A stretch of 64,000 nucleotides of DNA from Trichinella spiralis (GCF_000181795.1 NW_003526941.1:1591469-1655468), one strand, 5' to 3'; counted from the first letter of the stretch, positions 9,020 through 20,649 are shown. Numbers and translations: made by a program. The notes: generated from the letters alone by a model not told the origin.

Positions 9020-11248
9020 TTACTTCTTTTTAATATTTTTTTTGATGCTTTGTTTTTTCATACATTCTTCTTGATCAGCTTGAATTTCTTTTCTGATTTG
9101 TTCAACCATACCAGGCGTAAGCAAACCCTGCTTTATCAGCGACTGAATAACACCGCCTTTGCGTACAGCTTTGGTGGTGCTGGTGGCTTGTTTCATTTTC
9201 GCTGGCGAGTCTTCTGCCACAGCAGCAGCATTTGCTGTTGTGGGACTTCTGGAATCGAAACCATTCAAACCCTGCTGGTCAAACAAGCCAGCAACTTGGA
9301 CCGTTTTCAGTAACCGTTTGACATTTTGCAAGCTTTCGCGAATCAGCACGTCCAGTTCCCTTTGCATCGCCCTGACCTGTTCAGTTTCGGGGAACATGTC
9401 CGTGAAACGGTAACCAAGCCAGAGGTACGTGTCCAAAACGTCGAACACGTCTTCCAAATGGATCAAGTCGACAATTTTGGTCGGGGCACTGAACGGCCAA
9501 CCGACCGTCCGCGCTAGCCAGTCGGAAGTTAGTGGTTCGCCGCGGCTGAATTTCCTGGCGTAGCGCAGGAACATGCCGCAGACAAACGGCTTCTTCCGGC
9601 TTATTGGCGCCATGCAAAAAATGTACCGCACCTTCAACGTCAGTGGCACGTGTTCGATCATGTCAGCCAGGAATTTCAGATCGTCGACGTTGCACATGAA
9701 GAAACGACTTTCGTCGACCGCGCTCAAACTAACAAATATGTCCAGCAAGTTGGACAGCGTTGCCTTGGGCAGATAATAGGCGAACATTTCAATCTGTTCC
9801 AGTGTTGGAAACAGACCGGCGGCGGGTATCGGTTCTGTCGGCTTTGTCAAGATCGCTTTCAACGCAGGTAAGTCTTCCATGCGCAGCGTGGTCACCTCGC
9901 CGGATTCGTGGAACGTACCAAACCTACCGGCCCGGCCGGCTATCTGCAATGCCTGGGACGTGCTGATCGGTTCCAGTTCTTTTTCGCCGGATTCGTTCAG
10001 CGTAACTTTGACCAACGAATAGAATATGACCCGGCGAATGCTCAAATTCAGACCCATACCGATCGCGTCGGTGGCCACCAGTACGTCGCAAGGATCGTCT
10101 GGATCGTTAAATTTCCGAGCCTGGGCTAGTTTGGTTCCAGGCGGAAGGCTGCCGTATATCATTGCCACTGAACGGCCAGACGCTTCGACTTGTCGAGTTA
10201 CTTTGAACAGGTCGTTTCTGTTGAACGCGACGATGCAATCGTACGGTTGGATCGAGTCCAGAGAACCAAGCGGCGAGTCGAGTATCTTCAGAGGGGTCTT
10301 GCGTTCATAGGTGTGCAGTTCGAATTCGTCACCCAAGCTGACCAACAGCTCCTTCACCAAATCCACCGCGGCCAACTCACCACAGACGTGGATTTCATCC
10401 GCACACACGCCCAACAGCGCCCTCGTCCAAGCCCAACCACGTTGCAAATCGCGCATCATCTGTATCTCGTCGATCACCGCCACCTCGTAGTGAACCCTGG
10501 TGTCCAGCATCTCGACCGTGCACGAAATGTGCTCACTGCACGTCTGACCGTTGGCCAGGCACCGTTCTTCGCCAGTGATCAGATCGCAAGGCACGCCGGC
10601 CGCGTTCGACTTGTGAAACACCTCACTAGCTAGCAGCTTCAGCGGTCCGCAGTAAACGCCACTTTTGGCCGCCAAATAGCGTTGCAACGCTTGGTAAGTT
10701 TTGCCACTGTTCGTCGGACCGGCGTGGAAAATCACTCTGCGCTGTATGGACCTCGCTTCAGGGTACCAATTTTGCGGCAAACGCAAGTCGGAGATGTTTT
10801 TCAATTCTTCAATGCACTCCAGATGCGGAAACACTTGCCTAGCGTGGCGCAGGAACAGTGGAAACAGATCATCGACGTGACGGCTGTTTTGCAAAATATC
10901 CGCCAACATGATGTGCAAGTCGACCGGCAGCACCGCCGATTCTTGGCAATAGCGACGAAAACTGGCCAAAGCTTGAAGGAAAAATTTCCCAGTCAAACCG
11001 TGCTCAGCGCCAAGCTTGCGAACCGCAGGTCGCCTGGCGAACTGGCTCAGCACCGAAGCCAGAGCGTCTTTGGCCAAGATGCCGCCAAATTCCACCCCGA
11101 CATCCACATCGTTAGCGGTGCTGGCTGATTTCACCGTCAATGGAACCACTAGATCTTCGAACGACTTTTTCGAACGACTCAAATGACGCAGTTGAAGCAG
11201 TCGGCCAATATTCCGCAACCCAAGGAGAACCGCTTTAACGCTGGTCAT
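9020..11248 (-). CDS. SUV3: Mitochondrial ATP-dependent RNA helicase SUV3 (intronless CDS, ~742 aa)
   Basis: FHAGPTNSGKT (Walker A), VIDEIQM, RGWAWTRALLG, YGSLPP, ATDAIGMGLNL and QIAGRAGR. The N-terminus MTSVKAVLLGLRNIGRLLQLRHLSRS resembles a mitochondrial presequence. A 3' splice-type acceptor sits at 11261-11262, 12 nt upstream of ATG 11248. Confidence 0.96.
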   Translation of the reverse strand: MTSVKAVLLGLRNIGRLLQLRHLSRSKKSFEDLVVPLTVKSASTANDVDVGVEFGGILAKDALASVLSQFARRPAVRKLGAEHGLTGKFFLQALASFRRYCQESAVLPVDLHIMLADILQNSRHVDDLFPLFLRHARQVFPHLECIEELKNISDLRLPQNWYPEARSIQRRVIFHAGPTNSGKTYQALQRYLAAKSGVYCGPLKLLASEVFHKSNAAGVPCDLITGEERCLANGQTCSEHISCTVEMLDTRVHYEVAVIDEIQMMRDLQRGWAWTRALLGVCADEIHVCGELAAVDLVKELLVSLGDEFELHTYERKTPLKILDSPLGSLDSIQPYDCIVAFNRNDLFKVTRQVEASGRSVAMIYGSLPPGTKLAQARKFNDPDDPCDVLVATDAIGMGLNLSIRRVIFYSLVKVTLNESGEKELEPISTSQALQIAGRAGRFGTFHESGEVTTLRMEDLPALKAILTKPTEPIPAAGLFPTLEQIEMFAYYLPKATLSNLLDIFVSLSAVDESRFFMCNVDDLKFLADMIEHVPLTLKVRYIFCMAPISRKKPFVCGMFLRYARKFSRGEPLTSDWLARTVGWPFSAPTKIVDLIHLEDVFDVLDTYLWLGYRFTDMFPETEQVRAMQRELDVLIRESLQNVKRLLKTVQVAGLFDQQGLNGFDSRSPTTANAAAVAEDSPAKMKQATSTTKAVRKGGVIQSLIKQGLLTPGMVEQIRKEIQADQEECMKKQSIKKNIKKK

Positions 11249-11694
11249 ATCACGCACAACCTGCGTTAAGTAAAGCTGTCCAATTTCATCGAAATTCTCA
11301 TTTTTTACAGTATGACGGGCTACCGTAAGCTGATTTCAAGTACAATTTTTTGTTGTTCGGACTTTTTCTTGCTAACGTAGAGGAGTGTGAAAAAGCATTG
11401 CTTTTGTTTGTTTCTATTATTTAACATTTATATTGAAATAATAGATCAGAAAAACAACAAAACAACGTTCTGCTATTTATAACAACGCAGTGAATAGTCA
11501 GTTGTTTATTTTTCAACTATTCGTTTTTCTTCACATTTAAGTAGTGATATTTTTGGCCACAAATAAGGCATGTATATTATATATCACTATTGAAACTACT
11601 TGACAAATTCATTATTCATTTTCCTATCCTGATCTACATTCCTGAGAGAGTTCTAAGAACGCGTAAGCACTACATAATAATTTCCGCTCATTCT

Positions 11695-12458
11695 CTAAGA
11701 GGTGATGTGAACTCGAGCGACAAAACAAACCAAATCCTTCTTGTTTTGATCGACCAATTCCCATCGTACAAGCAAACCAATCTAGCAAAAGTGAAACTAT
11801 GGAAAATGTTCGACAGAATCAAGTTGGAAAACTTGCCAGCCTACCGTTGGATATTCACTTTTTACATCAAAAACATCCTCATAATGAACGGTATTGTTGC
11901 TACTCAAAGGGCACTGCAATCCCGAGTCTTTGCAACCGTCTGGATTCGGTACAGGAAACGGCACTGGCAATCCCTTGATGATTCCATGAACGACAACATG
12001 TACAGCGGTGGTTTCTTGACCTGCAATGGTGTACATTGGTCGTAAAATTCACCAATCAAGTTTTACTTTGCATTTACTAGGCGTAAACAGGATTCCCACT
12101 TTCGGCGAAGTGCCCCTTTTCAATGAACAATAATTTGGATTATCACAAGGATCCAGAGTTACATTCTGAACTGAACCGGCAACAGAGCCTACAAAATGAA
12201 GAGCAGGAATATTGCGCAGAATGAACATTCACCTTCTTCTACACTGACATGCTTCATCCTGCGACAACAGTGCTATTCACTGCTGGCCTGTGACCATGTA
12301 TGTGATAACTAAGCATCGCAGGAAACAGGAGTCAATAGCGGCAACGGAGTTAATTACAATTTAACAACAGTGTAAAAATACATACCGCAATCTCTGAAAT
12401 TAATGTTTATTGCAACGGCTGCAGCCAGCAGACAAGCATAGGAAAGCAGTTTATACAT
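11695..12458 (-). CDS. NPC2: NPC2 / ML-domain sterol-binding protein, copy 1 (~148 aa)
   Basis: Exons 12458-12386, 12188-12078, 12020-11845 and 11781-11695 (447 nt). Signal peptide, FRDCGS, DPC..C.LKRG, VHGIIKGLPVPFP..PDGCKDSGLQCPL, EYP, VRWELVD...VCF; six conserved Cys. Confidence 0.92.
12198..12336 (-). ncRNA. Candidate structured intronic RNA (two hairpins; H/ACA-like or pre-miRNA-like) in NPC2 copy 1 intron 1
   Basis: Sense-strand stems AUUGAC/GUCAGU, UCCUGCGA/UCGCAGGA, GUUAUCAC/GUGAAUAGC and UGGUC/GGCCA, then AGAAGA (ANANNA), then GAAUGUU/AAUAUUC. The G-U pairs work only on the minus strand. No ACA box. Confidence 0.35.
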
Positions 12459-12607
12459 GACGGCAATTATCTGCAATGTTCTTAATATAAAATAAAAAGA
12501 GAACTTTAGATATAAAAAAAAAGAAAAAAATTTCTTGAAACAAGATGGCAACAGCCTTTTGGATAATTAATTCACTGAATGTCAAATGAGTAAAACTGGT
12601 CAAATAG

Positions 12608-12613
12608 TTTATT
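12608..12613 (-). terminator. Poly(A) signal of NPC2 copy 2, ~140 nt upstream of the acceptor preceding NPC2 copy 1
   Basis: AATAAA (+ TTTATT), followed by a U-rich tract and TTGCAG at 12476-12471. Confidence 0.55.
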
Positions 12614-12748
12614 GATAATTCAAGCAAAGTAGTAATATGAGCGCATAATATATATTTCATACAAAACTTTTGTTATGCCTATCATCAAGTACACTGCGTT
12701 ATAATGATATAATAATAGGTATATTTATATTCTATTTTCATCATTCAG

Positions 12749-14354
12749 TCATTTATCAGTGATTGTTGATCGAATAATTGCGCAAACTGGGACGCTACCA
12801 TTCTTTGGTTCGTCACCAGGCTCAATCAATTCCCATTTGATTAGCAAATTCATCTGAAAAAAGCAAAGCATCTATTACTGTTATTAAATCGATAAAGTAT
12901 ATTCATTCAGACGATGAATCATTATATTAAAAAACACACACACCTTCGGATAAGATCTTAAAACGTGAATGGATTGCTGATATGTGTATTCTTCTCCAGC
13001 AACCAAAGGGCAGGTTAGGTTCGAGTTTTTGCAAGCATCTGAATTGGGTAAAAGAAACGGAACTTTGCCTAATTTCATCAATATGCCATGCACTCTGGCT
13101 TTCAATTGTTTCACTTCCCTATCTAAAGAAGCCACAATGTTACAAAGAAATATATAAAAATGTATGATTTTTCTAATTTACCAGGCACAAATCGAATAGT
13201 AATAGATGCCTTTGATCCACGAATCAATGGACAAGTTGAACCTTCTGCATCACAAGGATCCACAGCAACATCGTTTACAGTAAAAATTGATTCTGAAATA
13301 TAAAAAAATATTCTGTAGAAAAATGAGAAAACACGTTTTTCATCATTACTTTTTACTGTTTTACACCAATTCACCCCAATTGCAAAACAAAGTCCTACAT
13401 TTATTAATTAATTGACATTAATAATTAATTTTCCCTTCTCCCCTCCTTGAAATTCTCTCAACATCGTAAACGTCACTTTTCCAATATTAACTATAACAAT
13501 TTCGTCTCGTTGGAACAAAGAATTTTTCCTGCGAGGCACATCAAATTTAGCATCCAAAGCTACAAACAACTGCTCCGTAATACGAATGTAGGACACCAGA
13601 AAATTGAAACCGGACTTTGCAGAGCATAATAATAAGCATCTGAATAAAATGAAATAAAATAAAATAAATTTCGCCACTTATCCAGCCTAGTATCATCTTT
13701 TGAACAAGAACAAAAAGAAGAAAAAAATGCGATGTAATAGTGGCGGATCATTTTTAAGTATCAAAATAGAATTGCACAACTGTGAATAGGAAAATTCAAA
13801 TCTGATGCTAAACTTTCCAAAATAGCACTGAAAAATCACAATATATTTCAAACGAAATATCAAATGACGACAAAGATGATGCGTAACGACGAAATGATGA
13901 TGCTACACCAAAAAGAAAAAAACGCTGCTGCGCTTTGTGTCAGACATGCTGACAAACTGAAATGTGAATGGAACAATCACACTGCTCGCCATTAGTAGTG
14001 AAAAGTAAAAATAATGCTGACTGGCAACATCTAAACTTGGCTTCTTTAGAGCGGACGTTTCAAGATGAAGAAAGTGAATACCATGCTGCTATGCTAATTG
14101 TGAGAGAAAATTTTATAAATGTTGTTGCAAAAAATGAAAATTGAAATGTCAAATTTTCATCTGGAAAGAAAAATGAAAAAACAATAATAATATCAGCATT
14201 TTTGAATAATTATTGGATAAATAATAAAAAGAATATCGATAAACGTACTGCAGTTGTTGAATTCGACACTTTTCGGTTGAGCAAAGTAGAAAAAGCCGAA
14301 GGCAAAACAGACGATCAAAGTGAACTTGGTGCGCGTTGCTGCTAGCATGGTCAT
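12749..14354 (-). CDS. NPC2: NPC2 / ML-domain sterol-binding protein, copy 2 (~166 aa)
   Basis: Exons 14354-14249, 13292-13182, 13122-12944 and 12853-12749 (501 nt). Signal peptide, VEFNNC, VDPC...CPLIRG, VHGIL...VPFLLPNSDACK...CPL, YP, IKWEL...VC. Intron phases and the 111-nt exon 2 match copy 1. Confidence 0.88.
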
Positions 14355-16257
14355 CGACGTCGGAAAGTGTTCTTCTGCTCGTCGACGGCAGAGCGCTGCA
14401 TTTTTAACCATAAAAATGACCAATCAACGCTCAGCTAACCCATTCTGGCGCCAATTGCTGGTCAGAGATAGCATCAATCAAAAATTTGTCGATCCAGCTT
14501 CTTCAGTGACAACTGGCGTCATCGGTTATTTGGCGCCGACAATATTATCAAATCATTATAATGCACAATTTACTATAGATTTTTTTCTTTCTTTTACATA
14601 TCTTTCTCTTTCTGCATCTTTTTAAACATCTGCTGCAGGCAGCAGCATTACAACCAAATTCCAAGTTCATGTGTCGAAATAATTTATTGGTTTTATGTTG
14701 GAAGAAGAAAAGGAACTAAAATAAAATAAAATAATACAAGGAAATGGACGAACGTGAAAGTTTCCGTTTATTAAGCGAATTTCAAACAGCTAGCTAGCTA
14801 GTAGTTTTGCTGACGTCGATGTAGTTAATTAGTTGGTTAGAGTAGAATTAAGAGTTTTTTTTGCTCGTGCTTTTTTAGTTGTTTCAGTTGTTCACCAATA
14901 ACTTGAAATCCTATGCATGCATACTGACACTAACATACACACAAACATATGCTAGTGATGAATATTTTCATCAACACTGTCAGTGGGAAATTTTCAATTT
15001 CCTCTTCTAAATTTCTTTTTCTGTCTTTTTTATTTTTGGCTTTATTGCAACGACGCCATTGCATCAACTTCTCAAATAACATCACAAACAATATCAGATT
15101 CGACTTTCGATAATAACAACGCTGCTGTGCCCCACCCTGTGTAAATAAGAAAAAAGCCCAAAGCAAGTAGATCGCACGGCAAGTTTACACAGCACAAACA
15201 AATGAAATAATAGTAAAGAACGTTTGACCTCTGTTCATGATTGCATACATCATCAGCTGCTTGAATGCAGCCGAATTGGGGTATTGGTAAAAGGGCACTG
15301 GTATTGTTTTCTCATTTGAACAAAAGAGAAGTTGTTTTCCAAAAAGCTTAACTAGCTTAACAGAACAGAGTTCACAAAACACTTGGTTAAGACAACACAA
15401 AACACAGAATTGCATATTTGCCTAAACAAATTCTATTATTATTCCACCTGCAGCTGCTGCTAATGGAGGCGAACTTTCGCCCTTAATACTACTCTTTGAA
15501 TATTTTCTCCTTCAAGTACAACTAACCATTTGTTGTCGTACTATATACAACAATACGTTCTTCGCATTTACTCTGCGAACGAAATATTCTTTTTCATTTC
15601 TTCCATTCGTGCGGGATTTCACACTCATTTATTTTCACAAAAAAGGGAAAATGATAGATAAATAAATAAAATAAATATAGAGATTTTTTTCTCAATTACC
15701 AATTTTCAAAATTAATATACAGAAAAACAAACAATGAAATTTAATGTTGAAACCTTGCTGAAAATGATAATCATCAGTTCAACTATTTTGCAATGATGAT
15801 AAATTAATCGATGATGAAATAATGAAAAATGAGATGAAATGCTAAAACAAAAGTTGGAGATGCTTCAAGAATGGGCAAGTAAGTGAATTCTGCACTGCTT
15901 TGAGAAAAAAAAAGAACTTTTACACACGCACCCACACATATATACATGTGTGTATAATTTACATATTTACATCGAATCAATTTCTGCTCGTTTCGCTAGT
16001 TGATAAAATGAGTCAATATTTCTTATACGAGCTATATTCCCTTGTGTCGTAACAAGAATGCAACTAATCAAGCGATAATTAGCAATGAAGTAAATTAGAA
16101 AATAAAAAACTTTTCCTGTGAAAAAATCCTAAACTGGCAACCATTGTCATGCAAATGTTATTGTAAAATAGCAGTGCAATTTGCAATGCAATGTCAAAAA
16201 ATCACAGATTATTTTATCAATATAAATAAAATAAATAAATGCACAAATACAACACAA

Positions 16258-16290
<33 letters not shown>

Positions 16291-16911
16291 CTATTCTCAA
16301 GTAATGCCTGTAATGTTTCAATGAATAAAACTTATAAAAAATTGAAATGATGAATTCATTAGATATTTGTTTGAACAAATCTTGAAAAGAACAGATTCAC
16401 CGTGGATGTGGGATAATATTACGAGAGAAAGAAGGGAAAAATTTATTTTCAATTTAAATAAATCCTAATGAATATATGCGGCATAGATTTCAATTTATTA
16501 AACGATACAATTTAAAGGCAATGAACAATGGACATTTATCTATCAGTGCCGTTAAATGAAAGTAACTTGAAACGGGCAAAGTTATCCAATTGAATATAGT
16601 TTTCAATGTGCATAATCCTTATTGGATTTAATGGCAAGTATGAAAGCAATTTTCAATTCAAATGGAATTTAATCCACTAAATTCTCACTGTCATCAGCAT
16701 ACAATTTTTCTTCATCAGGAATAATGATCAAAAAGATAAGAAAAACACGAAGAAAAGTCGATTTCGTAACCAACATGAACAATAAATGCTTCTTAAAATC
16801 AAATCAGTCCAAACCATATCATAAAGCCCTCCTACAACTTTTCTCTTTAGAATGAAATTTGCTCTTATTTGCACAATTACAAGTATATTTGCAATTAAAA
16901 ACAGGATACCC

Positions 16912-16917
<6 letters not shown>

Positions 16918-16958
<41 letters not shown>
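16918..16958. repeat. (AT)n microsatellite
   Basis: About 20 perfect AT units. Confidence 0.95.
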
Positions 16959-16959
<1 letters not shown>

Positions 16960-17506
16960 GCCTATGCAATGTTCGCTGTAATCTGTAAAAAACTATCTCC
17001 ACAAGCATCCCTATTACGTAGAAATTCAAAAAACTTTATAAATTATTTATTTCAGTGAACATGTTCAAACAGGATCTGTAAATTTTAATATTTTACGATT
17101 GCTCTTTTATTTGGAAACATAGAAATCAGCGTGAAAACATGACCATCAAGAAAGCCATACATACTTACGCACACAATGGTGAAAAAAGAATAAATAGTGC
17201 AAATTTGAATAGACTCAAATCACGCCTAGTTGTTAACGTTTTTTCTGAAGAAAAGGCTACCCAAGAGATATAATGAAATAAATAAACTCAGCTTTTATAG
17301 TTTCATTTGGCAATCTGAAAACATCAAATTGTGCTTTTATCAATTAATTAAATTTCTACAATCACTCGAAGCTGGAAAGCAAAAGTCTTTCCTATTCATG
17401 CAAATTATCAGACAATTTCAGAAATGCTATAACCAATCGAAAGAAGTAATAATAAATACATCGTTGCCTAAGGTGACAAGTTTAAAAATGCAAATTCTGG
17501 TACGTT

Positions 17507-17576
17507 AAATACTAATCTCACCAATCGAGATCTCTCCCTATCTATTCCTGACAGAATTTACTATTCCTGTTTGTCA
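17507..17576 (+). repeat. Dispersed direct repeat copy A (paralogous to 19749-19818)
   Basis: Ungapped 70-nt alignment with 12 mismatches by hand count (~83% identity). Confidence 0.85.
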
Positions 17577-18247
17577 CTGCTTAAGAAAAACATACAGAAA
17601 AATAAAAAAAGATAATATTATTTCAAAGTAAAATAACCAAAAACCGAAAATGAACATTCAACAATCATCATACAGCAACATATAAATTCCGAAATAAATA
17701 AGATTAAATAATTCTGATAATTTAGCAGTGGGAATGCGGATGGATTCTATTTTTCAAATTTTAACTTTAAAAATAGAACATTTCTTTGATAGCGGTATAT
17801 TTTGCTTCAGTATTAAATGATTCGAAATTGTCCAGCCTGTTGTCCAGATCTTGCTCACTGTTATTTTTCACTTGCAACTGCTTGCCATTCTCCGTTATTG
17901 AAGCCAACAGCCATTACGATAGTTGGAAATGTCAGTCAGCGATCAGCTTTCAATCCATTATTACAATGGCAAACTTTACAATTAATTGACGCCAGCAAAG
18001 TCAACAAATCCGCCTGTGCCTGCATCCATTTTCTCAAATCATATGATAAGTTCTGCCGTTATCGGCTCATCATCTGCTTTTCCTTTTTCCACTCAGATTA
18101 CTGTTTCAGTTCAAAGATACCAAAGCAGTTGTACCATCATTTCAGCAAACAAACAAACTAACAAACAATCAAATGAATATAGTTAATAAGAAATAAAGGA
18201 CAATAACAACCAAAGGCCATTGTCGAAAGTATTCAAGGTATTCATGA

Positions 18248-18413
18248 ATGGACCAAGGAAATAATTCACCTACAGTGCAGCAAAACATCAATTCATCAAA
18301 ACAGCCTTTGATAGCAACCGCGATCAGCATTCTCTCCATAATTATCAACATGCTCATCTTGGCAACTTTTCAAAAAGTACCAAAAAAACCCAAGCAAATT
18401 TGGCTGATATTCG
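18248..18413 (+). CDS. Second (upstream) exon 1 of the GPCR: N-terminus + TM1 + ICL1; alternative first exon or orphan duplicate
   Basis: MDQGNNSPTVQQNINSSKQPLIATAISILSIIINMLILATFQKVPKKPKQIWLIF-G ends at a phase-1 GTAAGA donor at the same position as exon 20650-20818 (..LLLIL-G). Joining it to 21787-22646 gives 1026 nt in frame. Confidence 0.65.
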
Positions 18414-19748
18414 GTAAGAATGATCATTTCATAAATAGCAAATTGCATTCTAATTCTAAATCAAAAATCGAATGACAAAACGTTCTCTACTTCTTTAATA
18501 AGCATCGAAATGAGAAAGAACAGTAAACATCATTCTTTATATATGTCCATAGAATAATAATTCTGAAGCAGAGTTTGATTTTGTTTTTTCATTTCCCAGC
18601 TGTATTTTTGTAAACAACACTATCAATCTTCCATGAATAATCGTTTTCTTTATTGCACCGTCTTTTTTTTACTTTTGGAAATTCGCATTAAATTTTACGC
18701 TCATTTACCAGCAAGCTATGGTCAACAGCAAATTTTCAGTAGAACAATAATATCTCATCAATATTTAATGCACTTCTAAAATGAAAAGCCACATTCCACT
18801 GTTTCTTCTAGGCTTATCAAATCGCTTATTTCATCGTTATTTTATATCGTACTTTTACAGCCTAACAATTCCACATTTCACAAGTACAATAACCGTAAGA
18901 TTGTAATTAAAAAAAGAAAATAACAGCACTTTTTCTTATAAGCTGTGCATATCAAGTGCGAATATATATGTATAGATGTAACACTGAAGAAGTGAACTTC
19001 ATGTAGAAACGTCAGTAAGAAACGTCAAAAACTTTTCAAACGTCAGTAATATAAAACAGTAAATGTTGTAGAAATAAATTGGAACATTATATATTCAATT
19101 GAGCATTATTGAAATGAATTACCCAAAGCAGATCAACAAACCCTGTTGAGCTTAATTTCATTTCGTCACAACTGATGATGCATCATGCCAATTGACTTAT
19201 AATTCAAAACCATTCTACAAACAACCTTTGGTCATTGCTCTCAACATAAATAAATAAATAAATAAATAGATAGATACAGATATACAAAATAATTAAAAAG
19301 AACAACATCAAAAAATTTCACATATTAATTGCAGAATGATGAAAAAATTGAAAGATGAAATAGAAATTTAATTTCCCCTTGAAGATTTATTCATTCATGC
19401 AAATTGCAATTATTTGAAAATCACAGTGAAATCAAGTCCAATCAAAAGAATAACCATAGGATATTGAATGGTTGGATTTTCTCTTTTTTTATTCTCATCT
19501 TAATCAAAATATCGAAACAAATCGAGAGTAATAAATTGAACAGAGAATGAACACTTGGAGCAGAGTGAGTGCAAAATCACAGCTAATGAAAGGCGGAAAA
19601 GTTGCAGTTTACACAACAAATAAACACAATTTAGGATGAATGAACATACTTAATTGATTTAAATTCTGACATTAATTTATTTGATTTAAATCAGTTTAAT
19701 CAATAAAAACAACAACAAAGCTAAGAATGAAATATACAAAGGTACTGA

Positions 19749-19818
19749 AAATGCCAATCTCACAAATCAAGATCTCTACTGATCTGTTCCTTACAGGATT
19801 AACAATTCCTGTTTGTCA
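19749..19818 (+). repeat. Dispersed direct repeat copy B (paralogous to 17507-17576)
   Basis: AAATGCCAATCTCACAAATCAAGATCTCT...ACAGGATTAACAATTCCTGTTTGTCA vs AAATACTAATCTCACCAATCGAGATCTCT...ACAGAATTTACTATTCCTGTTTGTCA. Confidence 0.85.
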
Positions 19819-20649
19819 TGTGCGAAAAAGAGACACTGGATGAAATAAGGCAATTGAAACTGCAATTAATTGAAAGCGAAGTCCACACACACACAAATGC
19901 GCTGACTGAAACAAATTCGCCAGGGATTGTTGTTCCACACGCAAAAGTATTATTACTACTCGGTTGACAACACTGATAAGCAACAAACACTGACCGTACA
20001 AGCTCAGTTTAGTACTAAGCAAGTATATTATGATGAGAACAAGTAACCTAGCCAAAGAAAGTTGAGCTAGCTTTTATCAAAGGGAAGCTGAATTGGAAAA
20101 ACTGAAATCTGAATTGGTTGAACTGTCAAAAGAGAAAAGTTCAGCACCATAAACCGAGAGGCAAACCAAGCGTATGGAGAAAAGAACGACAAAAGCAGAC
20201 CCATAAATGGACACGAAACGCGCAAAGATACAACAAATACAACATTCTCAGTGAATATGAGAAAACTGTCGTCATCAAACTTCATACATTCATTACTGAA
20301 AGTGAAAAAAATCTTTTGATCATACAACTAACTCCCTCGCCTGTAACCAATCAGAGACAACAAAGAAAAATTATTGGTCAAACAAGCAAAGCGCAACGCT
20401 TTCAAAGTGCAAAACGAGCAAACAATCCGCCTGACGACGTCCCTCGATGAAATATATACCCATAGAAAATTATAATTTATTCGTAAGACTCGTTGTCCGC
20501 TGAGGCGCTAATTTTAAACAAATATCGTTGCCCATCCAAACTGGCGGAACAAAGAGCGAACAAATCGGCCACAGAAGCTGCGCCCCCTCCTACTTGTGGT
20601 CGTGGTCGTCGTCGTTGTTGCTGCTCTATAAGCGTGCTTGAAACATTTT

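Noticed and set aside
9005..11128. Multiple + strand ORFs antisense to SUV3 (similarly antisense ORFs over the GPCR, innexin and zinc-finger exons)
   Set aside because: Shadow ORFs of GC-rich coding exons, with no recognisable motifs.
13894..13960. C/D-box-like ATGATGA...CTGA in NPC2 copy 2 intron 1
   Set aside because: Antisense to the host, no terminal stem and no recognisable rRNA complementarity.
14930..15166. ORF with an F-box-like phrase (IENFPLTVLMKIF)
   Set aside because: Short isolated resemblance, with no downstream exons or conserved F-box continuation.
19799..20450. Hydrophobic minus-strand ORFs that might be a second GPCR body
   Set aside because: Wrong strand for the 18248 exon, interrupted by stops, no DRY-like or TM7 motif; the hydrophobicity reflects T-richness.
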